Shown: positions 30,427 to 40,449, numbered from the stretch's first letter. The stretch: 64,000 bases of DNA from Patescibacteria group bacterium (GCA_038063415.1 JBBTVD010000006.1:73948-137947), one strand, 5' to 3'. Made by a program: numbers and translations. The notes: generated from the letters alone by a model not told the origin.

Positions 30427-31023
30427 TTACCAGCTCAGGAGCCAGTCACGCATCTGATTAATCTCAGTCGTCTGTGCTGCGATAATATCATCTGCGAGCT
30501 TACTCATTTCTGGTCTCTCTGTCCCGCTTTTGAGCATATTTGCCATCATCACTGCCATCTGATGATGTGGGATCATCTCCTCGACAAAAACTTTGTCAAA
30601 ATCCTCCGCTTCTTCGAGACGATGAAAATCTGTTTCATCACCCATCATACCCATATGCATTGCGGGCGCGCCCATCATACCGTGGCCAGACATCACTTCT
30701 TGCCCTTGCGGGACATCTTTACCAAACCAGTCATTATACCACTGCTTCATTTGGGTAATCTCGTTACTTTGTGAATCAATGATATTTTGAGCAAGCTGCT
30801 TAACCTCTTCTCGTTGTGCCTTTTGCAACGCAAGCTTTGCCATCGTGATTGCATCTTCGTGGTGTGGAATCATTTGTTCGATAAAATGTGCATCAATCGT
30901 ATCTGAACGAGCCATCGTAGCTTGATTTCCGTAACCAATACCCATCATCTGCATCATCCCCAGCCAAACAAGCCCACCACCAGTCAAGAGTCCGATTAAG
31001 CCATACTTTATTTCTTTTTTCAT
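30427..31023 (-). CDS. DUF305 (CopM-like) Met/His-rich metal-binding protein
   Basis: Two MIPHH repeats and N-terminal TM; SD AAAAGGGGGTGA places the start at 31023. Confidence 0.88.
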   Translation of the reverse strand: MKKEIKYGLIGLLTGGGLVWLGMMQMMGIGYGNQATMARSDTIDAHFIEQMIPHHEDAITMAKLALQKAQREEVKQLAQNIIDSQSNEITQMKQWYNDWFGKDVPQGQEVMSGHGMMGAPAMHMGMMGDETDFHRLEEAEDFDKVFVEEMIPHHQMAVMMANMLKSGTERPEMSKLADDIIAAQTTEINQMRDWLLSW

Positions 31024-31027
31024 ATTC

Positions 31028-31300
31028 TCACCCCCTTTTCTTAAAAACCTGCATAATTTCCGTAATCGATTCATCAGCTTTTCCTTTTGTAATCGATTCA
31101 GCGACACACCCTTTGAGATGGTTTTCAAGAAGGACATTCCCTGTTTCCTTGAGTCCACTTTCAACTGCTTGCATTTGATGGAGAACATCGATACAGTATG
31201 CATCAGCTTCAACCATAGAGATCACTTTATCTAAATGTCCCCGGGCAATTTTGAGTCGATGGAGTATCCTCTCTTGTGTATTTTTTGGTCTATATGTCAT
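31028..31300 (-). CDS. csoR: CsoR family copper-sensing repressor
   Basis: RLKIARGH, YCIDVL, NHLKGC (Cys-His-Cys ligand set). Confidence 0.92.
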   Translation of the reverse strand: MTYRPKNTQERILHRLKIARGHLDKVISMVEADAYCIDVLHQMQAVESGLKETGNVLLENHLKGCVAESITKGKADESITEIMQVFKKRG

Positions 31301-31346
31301 ATCCCCCCTATAGGGATATTATGGAACTAGTCACAGAAGTTGTCAA
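31299..31346 (-). promoter_or_regulatory. Copper operon promoter with overlapping CsoR operator
   Basis: Minus strand TTGACA, 17 nt, CATAAT; C/G-tract inverted repeat ATATCCC-CCCTATA-GGGATAT (31299-31319) over the start site, matching known CsoR operator style. Confidence 0.8.
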
Positions 31347-31358
31347 CTGGGGAAATTG

Positions 31359-32213
31359 TTACCGGATAAAATAAGTAACGATATCTAAAAAAGCATCCTC
31401 ATCCACACTTTTTCCAATAAAATACTTCCCTTCACCTTTTGTCTTTGCTCGTGATTGCAACTCGGGGCTTATATTACCAACCGTCCCGACATACTGACAA
31501 TGTTGCATAAAATGCCAATCACCGAGCGTGTCTCCTATACCCAATGTCTCTGAAAAGTCTATGCCTAGATGCGTAAGAACATCAGCTACTGCTTGTCCTT
31601 TTGAGGCACCTTTCTTGGTGATAACAGCTGACTCAAAAGGAGACATCGCAGGATGACCGCTCCACATATAATTGATATCTTCTTTGAATTCTTCTAAGAC
31701 AGCTTCTATCTTTTTCTTATCCGTATCATTATCAAATAATGCCACTATCTTTATAAGATCAAAATCGATAACATGTTCGGAGAGAGAAGTAACAGCGATA
31801 TGCTCTTTCTGTAAAATGGCAACTCTTTTTTCTGTCAACAAATCTCGTTGATTACTTTGAATAAAATAGTCATCGATTCCGTAACATTCGAGATAGATAT
31901 TTTTTCTGACAAGTTGCTTAATTAGTTGTGTGGCAAGGTCCCTTGCTAAAAGATGTTTCTTGCTAAAATTATTATTTTTAGGATTAAAAATAACTGCTCC
32001 ACCGTCACTAATATGAGGATTAGAGAGTCCTGTTTTTTTTATAATTTCTTGGATTGAGAAGCCAAACTTGCCGGTACAAAGGATGACGAGCATCCCTTTT
32101 TTGTTTAGATCAGAAAGGCGCCGTAAGACTTTTTCATTGGGAATGGGGAAATTAATACCAAGCTTATCACCAACTAGTACACCATCAACATCAGTAACAA
32201 TTGCTTTGATCAT
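31359..32213 (-). CDS. HAD-superfamily (Cof-like) hydrolase
   Basis: DVDGVL, CTGK, SKG, GDTLGD. Confidence 0.88.
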   Translation of the reverse strand: MIKAIVTDVDGVLVGDKLGINFPIPNEKVLRRLSDLNKKGMLVILCTGKFGFSIQEIIKKTGLSNPHISDGGAVIFNPKNNNFSKKHLLARDLATQLIKQLVRKNIYLECYGIDDYFIQSNQRDLLTEKRVAILQKEHIAVTSLSEHVIDFDLIKIVALFDNDTDKKKIEAVLEEFKEDINYMWSGHPAMSPFESAVITKKGASKGQAVADVLTHLGIDFSETLGIGDTLGDWHFMQHCQYVGTVGNISPELQSRAKTKGEGKYFIGKSVDEDAFLDIVTYFIR

Positions 32214-34117
32214 ATATTTCGATAGACCTCTCTTCTTCTTTTGATATCCACAATTTCAAAGCTTCGTTGACCTGAGGTTGATTCTCCTTCTGTAAGTAAA
32301 ACTCTTACTCCTTTTGCCCCTATATTGATCCTATACGAATATCGCTTCCTTCCATCTGACCCTATCCCCAACATTTTTAGCCTTCCTACTCCTCGTTTAT
32401 TATACTCATTTATTCTTGTTATAACTTTTTCCTGATCACCAGCTGTTAGACCTTTCATAACTTCTCCCATTTCCGCCTGTTCTTTCAGGACAATTATGTT
32501 TCTTGCCTTTCCAGTTTCTAAACTTACCGTTTCTGCGACTACCGAAAGCGCATCTCCACTTTGCCTATGACGTCGTTTGGTACTTGCTACGAGAGTGGTA
32601 GTTCCCGAGTCAGGGGGTATTTTAGGTTGCGGTACTTGATTACCCTTGGGAGGCTCTACTTTTCTTACTACTGTTGCTTTCCTTCTTTCCCATTCGTCCT
32701 TCGTTGTTTTTTCTACCTCTTGCAAAGCTGCCATAACAACCCGTTTTGCTGCCGATGAAAATTGCTGCATTTTATCTGATTCAGGATCTTCGAGATAGTT
32801 CCATTCAAATTCTTGTCTTTTTGCATCCACTCCCAACCAAAGGCTTGTACCTTCATTTTCTGCCTCATACGTTATATCAACCACAAATTCCATTGGCTTA
32901 CCAGGACTAAAGGTAAGGGTTACTGATTGAGGAGGTACAAACTCTGTCCATGAGAGAGCATCAATGTCAATATCGTACACATCCTTATCTCTTGGCTTTT
33001 TTCCAATAATTTTTGCAACAGATACTCTGTAGTCATTAAATGAAGGTGTGTCAGCGATAGCATCCCCCTCCCTTTCTATAAATATCTCCTCTATCTCATC
33101 TGCCGTACGTAACTGGGTAAAAGCAGAGAGGATATCGACATATCCTTCTACCATTCCTGCAAATTTTCGATAAAAATCGCCATGCTCAGGGAGATCTCTT
33201 TGCTCCATGGCTTTTCTAAAAAGATCTTGTAAACCTTCTGCTCTATTGTTGCTAAAAAGGTGAATTAAAAAAGACTGTATTTCAGGGGATGCACCAAAAT
33301 ATTCTTGTATTTTTTCTTTTAGAGCAGTAAATTCTTTTGCGCTAGGATCGATAATAGTCATAGCAAGACCATCTCGGAATTCGTGTGTTTTCTCAAGAAG
33401 TGTTTCAGTTACTGGAGCTGTTAACGGGAATCTTCTTTTTATGTCTCTATATTCTGGCATATCTCTATTATTAGAAAGGTTTATAACTCCAGTCAAAATA
33501 TTTCCTGTTTGGCCAGCAGCCTCTAAGACGATATTTGGGAATTCGCGAGCCAATTCTGAGGGATTTTCTTCCAAGAGAGTACGTTGAAACTGTTCCCCCG
33601 GAAAAAGCTTTAAAGCCATAAAAAAACTGAGCTGAGCTGCCAAAGGAAGTTTGTTTCGTTTCGTCTGTTCTGCTATCTTTCGTAAAGAAACCCCATGCGA
33701 TGCTAAATCAACTGGTAAGATTGAGGAAAAAGCCTCTAATGCTGCAAGTTCACTTGCGTCTTTTCCTCTCCTTTGCAAAGCGGTAAAAAAACGAGAAAGA
33801 GAGTCTCCTATTTTAATCATTGCACCTGCCCTGTGTACGACTTGAGCTCCAAACATTGCATTGGTCACTTCTGCAGAGGTACTTGCATCTTTCTTTAGAC
33901 CAAGAAGCTCCTCTAACGAGGCTTTCCAACTCAGATATAGCTGATTTATTGCGGGCTCAGACAAATAGCTGCTAATACTGTTTGTCAGAGCTCTTTTTCT
34001 ATCCACCAGACTTTTGTCTTCCCACGATAGAGCCCTTTGATCGAAATTAACAGAATGTTCCTGCTTCTTTCTCATTAGAGTATCAGGAGTAACAAAAGCT
34101 GGACCTTCAGTTGTCAT
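32210..34117 (-). CDS. Large hypothetical protein with a C-terminal RelE/ParE-like domain
   Basis: 635-aa ORF; Pro-rich linker, then KML...YSYRI...RVLL...IVDIKRRREVY, resembling RelE-family C-termini. Confidence 0.6.
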   Translation of the reverse strand: MTTEGPAFVTPDTLMRKKQEHSVNFDQRALSWEDKSLVDRKRALTNSISSYLSEPAINQLYLSWKASLEELLGLKKDASTSAEVTNAMFGAQVVHRAGAMIKIGDSLSRFFTALQRRGKDASELAALEAFSSILPVDLASHGVSLRKIAEQTKRNKLPLAAQLSFFMALKLFPGEQFQRTLLEENPSELAREFPNIVLEAAGQTGNILTGVINLSNNRDMPEYRDIKRRFPLTAPVTETLLEKTHEFRDGLAMTIIDPSAKEFTALKEKIQEYFGASPEIQSFLIHLFSNNRAEGLQDLFRKAMEQRDLPEHGDFYRKFAGMVEGYVDILSAFTQLRTADEIEEIFIEREGDAIADTPSFNDYRVSVAKIIGKKPRDKDVYDIDIDALSWTEFVPPQSVTLTFSPGKPMEFVVDITYEAENEGTSLWLGVDAKRQEFEWNYLEDPESDKMQQFSSAAKRVVMAALQEVEKTTKDEWERRKATVVRKVEPPKGNQVPQPKIPPDSGTTTLVASTKRRHRQSGDALSVVAETVSLETGKARNIIVLKEQAEMGEVMKGLTAGDQEKVITRINEYNKRGVGRLKMLGIGSDGRKRYSYRINIGAKGVRVLLTEGESTSGQRSFEIVDIKRRREVYRNI

Positions 34118-34126
34118 AGGGTACTT

Positions 34127-36913
34127 TTATTGTACTTCAGGATAGTGGCATTTCTTCCACTTCTTGCCACTCCCACACCAGCAGGGATCGTTGCGGTTAA
34201 GCTTTTTCTTCTTTTCGATTGGTGTACTTTTGGTTTCAGAAATTTCACCTTCTGGTCTGTTGGTTATGAGTTTTCGTTGCTTTGGTCTGGGAAGTGGCGC
34301 TTCCGTATGTGCAGGCCCTGAATGAGTTGATCCATCTGCATGCGTATGGGTTTCTGTCTCATGTACATGTCCCGAGGCACCATGGGGAGGATTGGCAGTT
34401 GGGGATTGTTGTACCTGCATTTTAAAGATTCGATGCACTACTTCATCGTCAATGGCAAACATCAACGATTCAAACATTCTAAACCCTTCGTTTTTATATT
34501 CAACGAGGGGATCACGCTGTGCATATCCTCGAAGTCCAATCCCCTGGCGAAGATTATCCATCGCGTCTAGATGACTCATCCACAGGTTATCAATAACAGA
34601 AAGTAACACAAACTTCTCGATCTGACGCATGAGCGGACTCCCTAATTGCTTTTCTTTTTGACCATAGACGTCATCAGCCAACTTCGTGAGGAATGTTGTT
34701 TTCTCCTCTACGCTATGCTGCTGTTCAAGCTGTTTTAAGAGTTGTTCTTGTGAGGCATCATCAAAAGGAATAACGGTCACAAACTCTCCAAGGATTCGCT
34801 TATTCGCATCTGCTTGCTCTTCAGACTGCTCCGCGATAGTCATCGTAACGAGAGATGAAAGAGCGCTTTGGATACGGTTCTGCACCTCTTCGGTAAGAGA
34901 ATCATCTTGTGCATGAGCCTTCTCAAGGATCTTATGACGAAGAGCATAAATGATCTCACGCTGCTTGTTCAGTACATCATCATATTGTACGAGGTGTTTT
35001 CTGGTATCAAAATGAAACCCTTCTACTTTTACCTGTGCATTTTCAATTGATCGAGAGACAAGTGGATGGGTAAGTGGCACATCCTCTGGCATATTAAACC
35101 GTGTCATCATGCCAGCAATTCGCTCGCCACCAAACAGTCGCATGATATCGTCATCAAGTGCTACAAAGAAACGTGATGCACCAGGGTCTCCTTGTCGACC
35201 AGATCGACCTCGTAACTGATTGTCGATACGACGAGACTCATGGCGCTCCGTACCAATCACATACAGTCCACCAAGCTCCAAAATCTCATCATGCTCTTTC
35301 TGCCATTTCTTATAGGCTGGACTACTCGTATGGGTAGTGCCATCTTCATTTTGCGGAGGCTCTCCACCCAAGATAATATCAACTCCACGACCTGCCATGT
35401 TGGTTGCAATGGTCACAGCACCCTTTTTGCCAGCCTGGGAAATAATCTCAGCCTCTCGTAAATGATTCTTTGCATTGAGAAGTTCGTGTTTGATACCTCG
35501 TCTCTTAAGTAATTCTGAAAGGATCTGGTTTTTATCAATAGAGGTAGTACCAACAAGTACTGGTTGCCCTGTTTTATGAGCATTGTCAATTTCGGTCACT
35601 ACTGCTGAAAATTTTGCTCTCCCCGTCTTATACACTGCATCAGCATGATCAGTACGACTTACATTGCGATGCGTTGGGATCACAACCACATCAAGTTTAT
35701 AAATTTTGCGGAATTCTTCAGCTTCGGTCACCGCAGTACCCGTCATACCAGAAAGCCGCTCATACATACGGAAATAGTTTTGTAGAGAGACGGTCGCGAG
35801 CGTCTTTGATTCCCGCTGTATTGGCACATTTTCTTTTGCTTCAATTGCCTGATGAATACCTTCTGAAAGCCGTCGACCTTCCATCAGACGCCCCGTAAAC
35901 TCGTCAACCAAGATTACTTGATTGTCTTTGACAATATATTCTTTCTCACGATGGAAGAGGGTTCGTGCTTTGAGCGCTGCTTCAATATGATAGACCGTAT
36001 CAAAATCCTTTTCATAGACATTGGCTACACCAAAAAGTTTTTCGATCTTACCAATGCCATGATCTGTCAGATGGGCTGTCCGCATTTTTTCATCAACCTT
36101 GTAGTCAATTTCTGAGGAAAGCTTCCCCACGAGCGTTGCATATTCATAATATTTGGCAGAAGGTGATTCATCAGGTGCAGAGATAATATGTGGCGTACGG
36201 GCTTCATCAATAAGCACAGAGTCTACTTCGTCAACAATAGCGAAGTAGTAGCCTCGTTGGCGGATATTTGCCAAGTCTTGCTCCATATTGTCCCGCAGAT
36301 AATCAAAGCCAAACTCTGAATTAATTCCATAGGTGACATCTGCTTGATAGGCTTCACGACGACTAATAGGCTTCAGATGGGTTAACCGTGCGTCAGAGGC
36401 CTTGTCATCGACATAGGTAGGATCGTAGAGGTACGATCGCTCACTAATCATTGAAGCAACTGATACTCCTAAAAAATGAAAGACTGGTCCCATCCAGCCG
36501 GCATCACGACGTGCAAGATAATCGTTCACCGTAACGAGATGCACACCTCTCCCCGTTAATCCATGCAAATAAAGCGCTGGTACGGCAGTAAGCGTTTTTC
36601 CTTCACCGGTTTTTTGCTCAGCAATTTTGCCCTGAAAGAGCGTAATCGCACCCATCAGCTGTGAATCAAAATGGCGAAGCCCAAGTGTTCTCCAGGCCGC
36701 CTCACGGGCAAGTGCAAAGGCTTCTGGAAGAATAAGATCAAGTGATTCACCTGAAGCAACACGCTCTTGGAGTTCTTTTGTTTTCTTAGGAAAATCTTTA
36801 TCTTTCAGTTTTTTAACAGATGCTTCAAGACCATTAATTCCAGATACAATGGTCTGGATGGACGTAATCTCGCGTTTGTTGGAATCGAAGAGTTTGTTAA
36901 TGAAGCTTAACAT
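34127..36913 (-). CDS. secA: Preprotein translocase ATPase SecA
   Basis: KTGEGKT, VTVNDYLARRD, VDEVD, ATNMAGRG, GRSGRQGDPG, C-terminal CWCGSGKKWKKCH. Confidence 0.98.
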   Translation of the reverse strand: MLSFINKLFDSNKREITSIQTIVSGINGLEASVKKLKDKDFPKKTKELQERVASGESLDLILPEAFALAREAAWRTLGLRHFDSQLMGAITLFQGKIAEQKTGEGKTLTAVPALYLHGLTGRGVHLVTVNDYLARRDAGWMGPVFHFLGVSVASMISERSYLYDPTYVDDKASDARLTHLKPISRREAYQADVTYGINSEFGFDYLRDNMEQDLANIRQRGYYFAIVDEVDSVLIDEARTPHIISAPDESPSAKYYEYATLVGKLSSEIDYKVDEKMRTAHLTDHGIGKIEKLFGVANVYEKDFDTVYHIEAALKARTLFHREKEYIVKDNQVILVDEFTGRLMEGRRLSEGIHQAIEAKENVPIQRESKTLATVSLQNYFRMYERLSGMTGTAVTEAEEFRKIYKLDVVVIPTHRNVSRTDHADAVYKTGRAKFSAVVTEIDNAHKTGQPVLVGTTSIDKNQILSELLKRRGIKHELLNAKNHLREAEIISQAGKKGAVTIATNMAGRGVDIILGGEPPQNEDGTTHTSSPAYKKWQKEHDEILELGGLYVIGTERHESRRIDNQLRGRSGRQGDPGASRFFVALDDDIMRLFGGERIAGMMTRFNMPEDVPLTHPLVSRSIENAQVKVEGFHFDTRKHLVQYDDVLNKQREIIYALRHKILEKAHAQDDSLTEEVQNRIQSALSSLVTMTIAEQSEEQADANKRILGEFVTVIPFDDASQEQLLKQLEQQHSVEEKTTFLTKLADDVYGQKEKQLGSPLMRQIEKFVLLSVIDNLWMSHLDAMDNLRQGIGLRGYAQRDPLVEYKNEGFRMFESLMFAIDDEVVHRIFKMQVQQSPTANPPHGASGHVHETETHTHADGSTHSGPAHTEAPLPRPKQRKLITNRPEGEISETKSTPIEKKKKLNRNDPCWCGSGKKWKKCHYPEVQ

Positions 36914-36968
36914 AAGACTATTATACTACCACATTTTAGCCTGGAAAAGAAGCACTACTCTTAGGTAG

Positions 36969-38219
36969 TTACGATTTCTTTAGTATATCTTTCCCCATAT
37001 ACTTGCGCAATACTTCTGGGACAACAACACTCCCGTCTTCTTGTTGATAATTCTCAAGGATGGCAACTAAGGGTCGGGTAGAAAAGGCTGTTCCATTCAA
37101 AACATTGAGATACTTTTTTTCATTACCGTCCTGATACTTCATATTGAGACGGCGTGATTGGAAATCCGTTACGGTCGACGCAGAAGTCATCTCACGATAC
37201 TTTTGCTGTGTCGGAATCCATGCTTCGATATCATATTTTCTTGCTGCATTAAAACCAAGATCGCCCGTACATACGTTAATCACTTGATAAGGAATCCCAA
37301 GCTGTTGCATAAACCGTTCTTCAATCGAAAGCAGAAACTCATGCTCACGATCATCATCGCCTTCCGCTACAAAAGACACCATCTCTGTCTTATCAAATTG
37401 ATGCACACGAAAAATGCCCCGCGTATCTTTGCCATAACTTCCTGCTTCACGTCGAAACGCAGTTGAAAAGCCAACATATCTTCGTGGCAAATCTTCTTTT
37501 CTCAATACATCATTCATGTGATACGGAACAATTGATTGCTCAGCAGTGCCTACGAGATATAAGTTTTCATCTTCAATTGTGTAGATCTCCTCTTTATCTC
37601 CCATCTGAGTATAGCCAAGCCCTTCCATGATTTCTTTTTTGATCATGACTGGTGGAACAATTGGAATAAAACCTTCTTTGATGAGGGTATCAAAAGCATA
37701 TTGACGAAGCGCAAATTCAAGCAGTGCACCGTCATTTTTCAGATAATAGAACCGTGCACCACTTACCGTTGCAGCTTGTTTGACGTCAATAATACCCAGT
37801 GACTCACCAAGAACCAGATGATCTTTTGGCTCAAAAGAGAAGCTTGTTGGATCGCCAACGACTTTTATTACTTTATTTCCCGTCTCATCTTTGCCGATTA
37901 TCACGTCAGGTTTTGCTGGATTGGGAAGCCTAAGAAGCAGGTTACGGAGAGTTTGTTCTAAATCTTTTAGTTTGGCTTCTTCTTTCTCTAGTTTTTGTTT
38001 ACGAGATTGGGCATGCTCTTTATTAAATTGATCTGGATTTTTTTTAATCTGTTCATTCAGAGCATTTTTTTCTTCACGAAGACTCTGAACCTTTTGAGCA
38101 GTTTCCCGATGAAGGCTATCTACCTGCAAAAGATCATTTATATTAATTTCAACGCCTTTATTTTTAGCAGATTCTTCTACAGCTTTCGGATTTAGACGAA
38201 TATATTTTATATCTAGCAT
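36969..38219 (-). CDS. serS: Seryl-tRNA synthetase
   Basis: MLDIK, GTAEQ, FRREAGSYGKDTRGIFRVHQF, LNGT, ENYQ. Confidence 0.97.
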   Translation of the reverse strand: MLDIKYIRLNPKAVEESAKNKGVEININDLLQVDSLHRETAQKVQSLREEKNALNEQIKKNPDQFNKEHAQSRKQKLEKEEAKLKDLEQTLRNLLLRLPNPAKPDVIIGKDETGNKVIKVVGDPTSFSFEPKDHLVLGESLGIIDVKQAATVSGARFYYLKNDGALLEFALRQYAFDTLIKEGFIPIVPPVMIKKEIMEGLGYTQMGDKEEIYTIEDENLYLVGTAEQSIVPYHMNDVLRKEDLPRRYVGFSTAFRREAGSYGKDTRGIFRVHQFDKTEMVSFVAEGDDDREHEFLLSIEERFMQQLGIPYQVINVCTGDLGFNAARKYDIEAWIPTQQKYREMTSASTVTDFQSRRLNMKYQDGNEKKYLNVLNGTAFSTRPLVAILENYQQEDGSVVVPEVLRKYMGKDILKKS

Positions 38220-38224
38220 AATAA

Positions 38225-38323
38225 TGTCATCCTGAACTCGTTTCAGGATCTTTTTTTAGAATTCGTCATTCTGGCTCGTCCAGAATCTTATATTTATCAT
38301 GCTGAAATAAATTCAGCATGACA
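38225..38323. repeat. Cluster of three GTCAT palindromic repeats in the serS leader
   Basis: GTCATCCTGAACTCGTTTCAGGATCT, GTCATTCTGGCTCGTCCAGAATCT, and inverted ATCATGCTGAAATAAATTCAGCATGAC. Confidence 0.9.
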
Positions 38324-38337
38324 AAGATAATAAGCTG

Positions 38338-38366
38338 ATTATATCGTGTTTGGAAAAGGTGGTCAA
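38338..38366 (-). promoter_or_regulatory. sigma70 promoter for serS
   Basis: Minus strand TTGACC, 17 nt, TATAAT. Confidence 0.75.
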
Positions 38367-38377
38367 TGAGGAAGGAG

Positions 38378-38683
38378 TTACTTTTTCTTAGCCTTGGTTG
38401 CTTTAGTAACTTTTTTACTCTTTGCAGGAGCGGCTTTCTTCTCAGTAGGATTACTTAGCTGTTTGGTAAGCGAAGATTTTATTCTTGCTGCTTTATTCTC
38501 ATGGATGATATTCTGTTGTGCAGCCTTATCAATACCACTAAATGCTTTACTGACAGTTTCTGCTGAAGTTTCGGTACGAGCAGCTTTCACCAATTTCTTA
38601 AAGGCTTCTTTTAGTTTTTTGTTTTGCAAGGTTCGTCCTTTATCTTGACGAAGCTTTTTCTTTGCGTGTTTTAACAATGGCAT
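38378..38683 (-). CDS. rpsT: 30S ribosomal protein S20
   Basis: HAKKKLRQ, IDKAA, IIHENKAARIKS; Lys/Ala-rich tail. Confidence 0.95.
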   Translation of the reverse strand: MPLLKHAKKKLRQDKGRTLQNKKLKEAFKKLVKAARTETSAETVSKAFSGIDKAAQQNIIHENKAARIKSSLTKQLSNPTEKKAAPAKSKKVTKATKAKKK

Positions 38684-38740
38684 TTCTGCATTTTAGCATG
38701 ATATACTTAAAAATACAATAATTACCCTACGGTAACTACT

Positions 38741-40411
38741 ATGGCAAAAGATTTTCTCTGGAAAAAGAGCCTTGATCTCATTACCAAACGTCAAACCAAT
38801 ATCCTTTCGGCGGCGTTTGTTATCATGGCAACCGTCATTCTCTCCCAAGTTTTAGGATTGATTCGACAGCGACTTCTGGTAGGCATTTTTGGCGCCTCAG
38901 ATACGCTTGGCATCTATTTTTATGCCTCACAGCTACCAGACACCCTCTTTCAGCTTACTATAGCCGCAGCGCTTACCTCAGCCTTTATCCCTGTATTCTC
39001 TGACTTTTTGACCAGAGGCAAAGAAAAACAAGCCAATATTATGGCTTCAACACTCCTTATGCTTAGCTTTTTTGCTTTTTTTGTCCTCGCCATTCTCCTT
39101 GCCATTTTTACTCCCTTTTTTCTTGGTATCTTCAACCTAGGAAATAATTTTTCTCCAGAGCAAATGACCCTTATGGCAAATCTTACCCGTATTATTATTT
39201 TTGGACAGATATTTTTTATCCTGGGAACATTTTTTACCGCCTTACTCCAATCGTATAACCACTTCTTCGTCCCAGGCTTTGCCGCAGCGCTCTATAACTT
39301 AGGTATTATTATTGGCGTTATTGTTTTTGCGCCTCTCTTTGGCATTTACTCGGCAACTATTGGGGTGATACTTGGAGGCATTATTTTCGTTCTCGTACAA
39401 GTCCCGCTTACTCGCAAGGTCGGTTTCAGATTCACTCCAGTACTTTCAGAAATAAAATCTGAAGGGATAAAAAAAATCGGTACCCTTATGTGGCCAAGGA
39501 CCCTTGCTATTGTCGTCTTCCAACTAGGTACTGTTGCCGTTGGCTCACTGATTTCTTTTCTCCCCGACCCAGGAAGGATGAATGTTATTTTTGATTTTGC
39601 AAAGACACTTGCTTTTGCACCGGTCGCATTGTTTGGTCAAACGATTGCACAAGCAGCCTTCCCAGTGCTCTCTCGTGAGAAAGAAAGGATTGCAGATTTT
39701 AAAGTAACCTTTATCACCAGTTTTAATCAAATGTTGTACCTGGTACTACCTGTCTCAGTGCTTATCTTGATCCTTCGTATCCCGCTTGTCAGACTTGTCT
39801 TTGGAGCAAGTAAATTTGACTGGCCAGCAACAGTACTAACAGGACAAACACTCGCATTCTTTAGTCTTTCTATTTTTGCTCAAGCACTGATTACGCTGAT
39901 TCTTCGAGCCTTTTATGCGCTTCATGACACAAAAATACCGCTTATTATTAACGCTCTCTCAACGGCAATACTGGTCATTATTGCTTATCTCTTTATAGTG
40001 GTATATCACTTTGGTGTACAGAGTCTCGCGATTGCCTTTACTATCTCAAGCATCTTTCAGCTTATTATTTTGTTTATTCTGCTTGATAAACGGGTGGGTG
40101 GGTTTAACAAACTACAACTGCTGCTTCCCTGGACCAAATTTTTTATCTCCTCTGTTTTTACCGCTTTTGCTTTGTATATCCCCATCAAACTGCTTGATCA
40201 ACTTGTTTTTGATACGACCAGAACGATTAATTTAATCATCCTTGCGGGTATTTCAAGTCTTGCAGGGTTGTCTCTCTATCTTTTCTTTACCTGGTTCTTT
40301 GATGTTAAGGAGGCACAAAACTATCTCCAGGTTATTAAAAAGGTAGGTAATTGGCGGGCAATTCTTGCCAAGTCGCAAGAAGTGCTTGAGGGTGGGAAGA
40401 TTAATCAGTAA
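38741..40411 (+). CDS. murJ: Lipid II flippase MurJ (MviN)
   Basis: SQVLGLIR, QLPD, AFIPVF, RAFYALHDTKIP; multi-TM. Confidence 0.93.
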   Translation: MAKDFLWKKSLDLITKRQTNILSAAFVIMATVILSQVLGLIRQRLLVGIFGASDTLGIYFYASQLPDTLFQLTIAAALTSAFIPVFSDFLTRGKEKQANIMASTLLMLSFFAFFVLAILLAIFTPFFLGIFNLGNNFSPEQMTLMANLTRIIIFGQIFFILGTFFTALLQSYNHFFVPGFAAALYNLGIIIGVIVFAPLFGIYSATIGVILGGIIFVLVQVPLTRKVGFRFTPVLSEIKSEGIKKIGTLMWPRTLAIVVFQLGTVAVGSLISFLPDPGRMNVIFDFAKTLAFAPVALFGQTIAQAAFPVLSREKERIADFKVTFITSFNQMLYLVLPVSVLILILRIPLVRLVFGASKFDWPATVLTGQTLAFFSLSIFAQALITLILRAFYALHDTKIPLIINALSTAILVIIAYLFIVVYHFGVQSLAIAFTISSIFQLIILFILLDKRVGGFNKLQLLLPWTKFFISSVFTAFALYIPIKLLDQLVFDTTRTINLIILAGISSLAGLSLYLFFTWFFDVKEAQNYLQVIKKVGNWRAILAKSQEVLEGGKINQ

Positions 40412-40449
40412 ACCTCCAGTTTCTCTCTCTTATCTGATAAGATAATCTA

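Noticed and set aside
31024-31212. Long N-terminal extension of the DUF305 ORF overlapping csoR (similar extensions at 18907, 25521, 43667, 59505, 59971)
   Set aside because: Downstream starts with an SD or stop-start coupling fit better; the extensions are ORF-caller artefacts.
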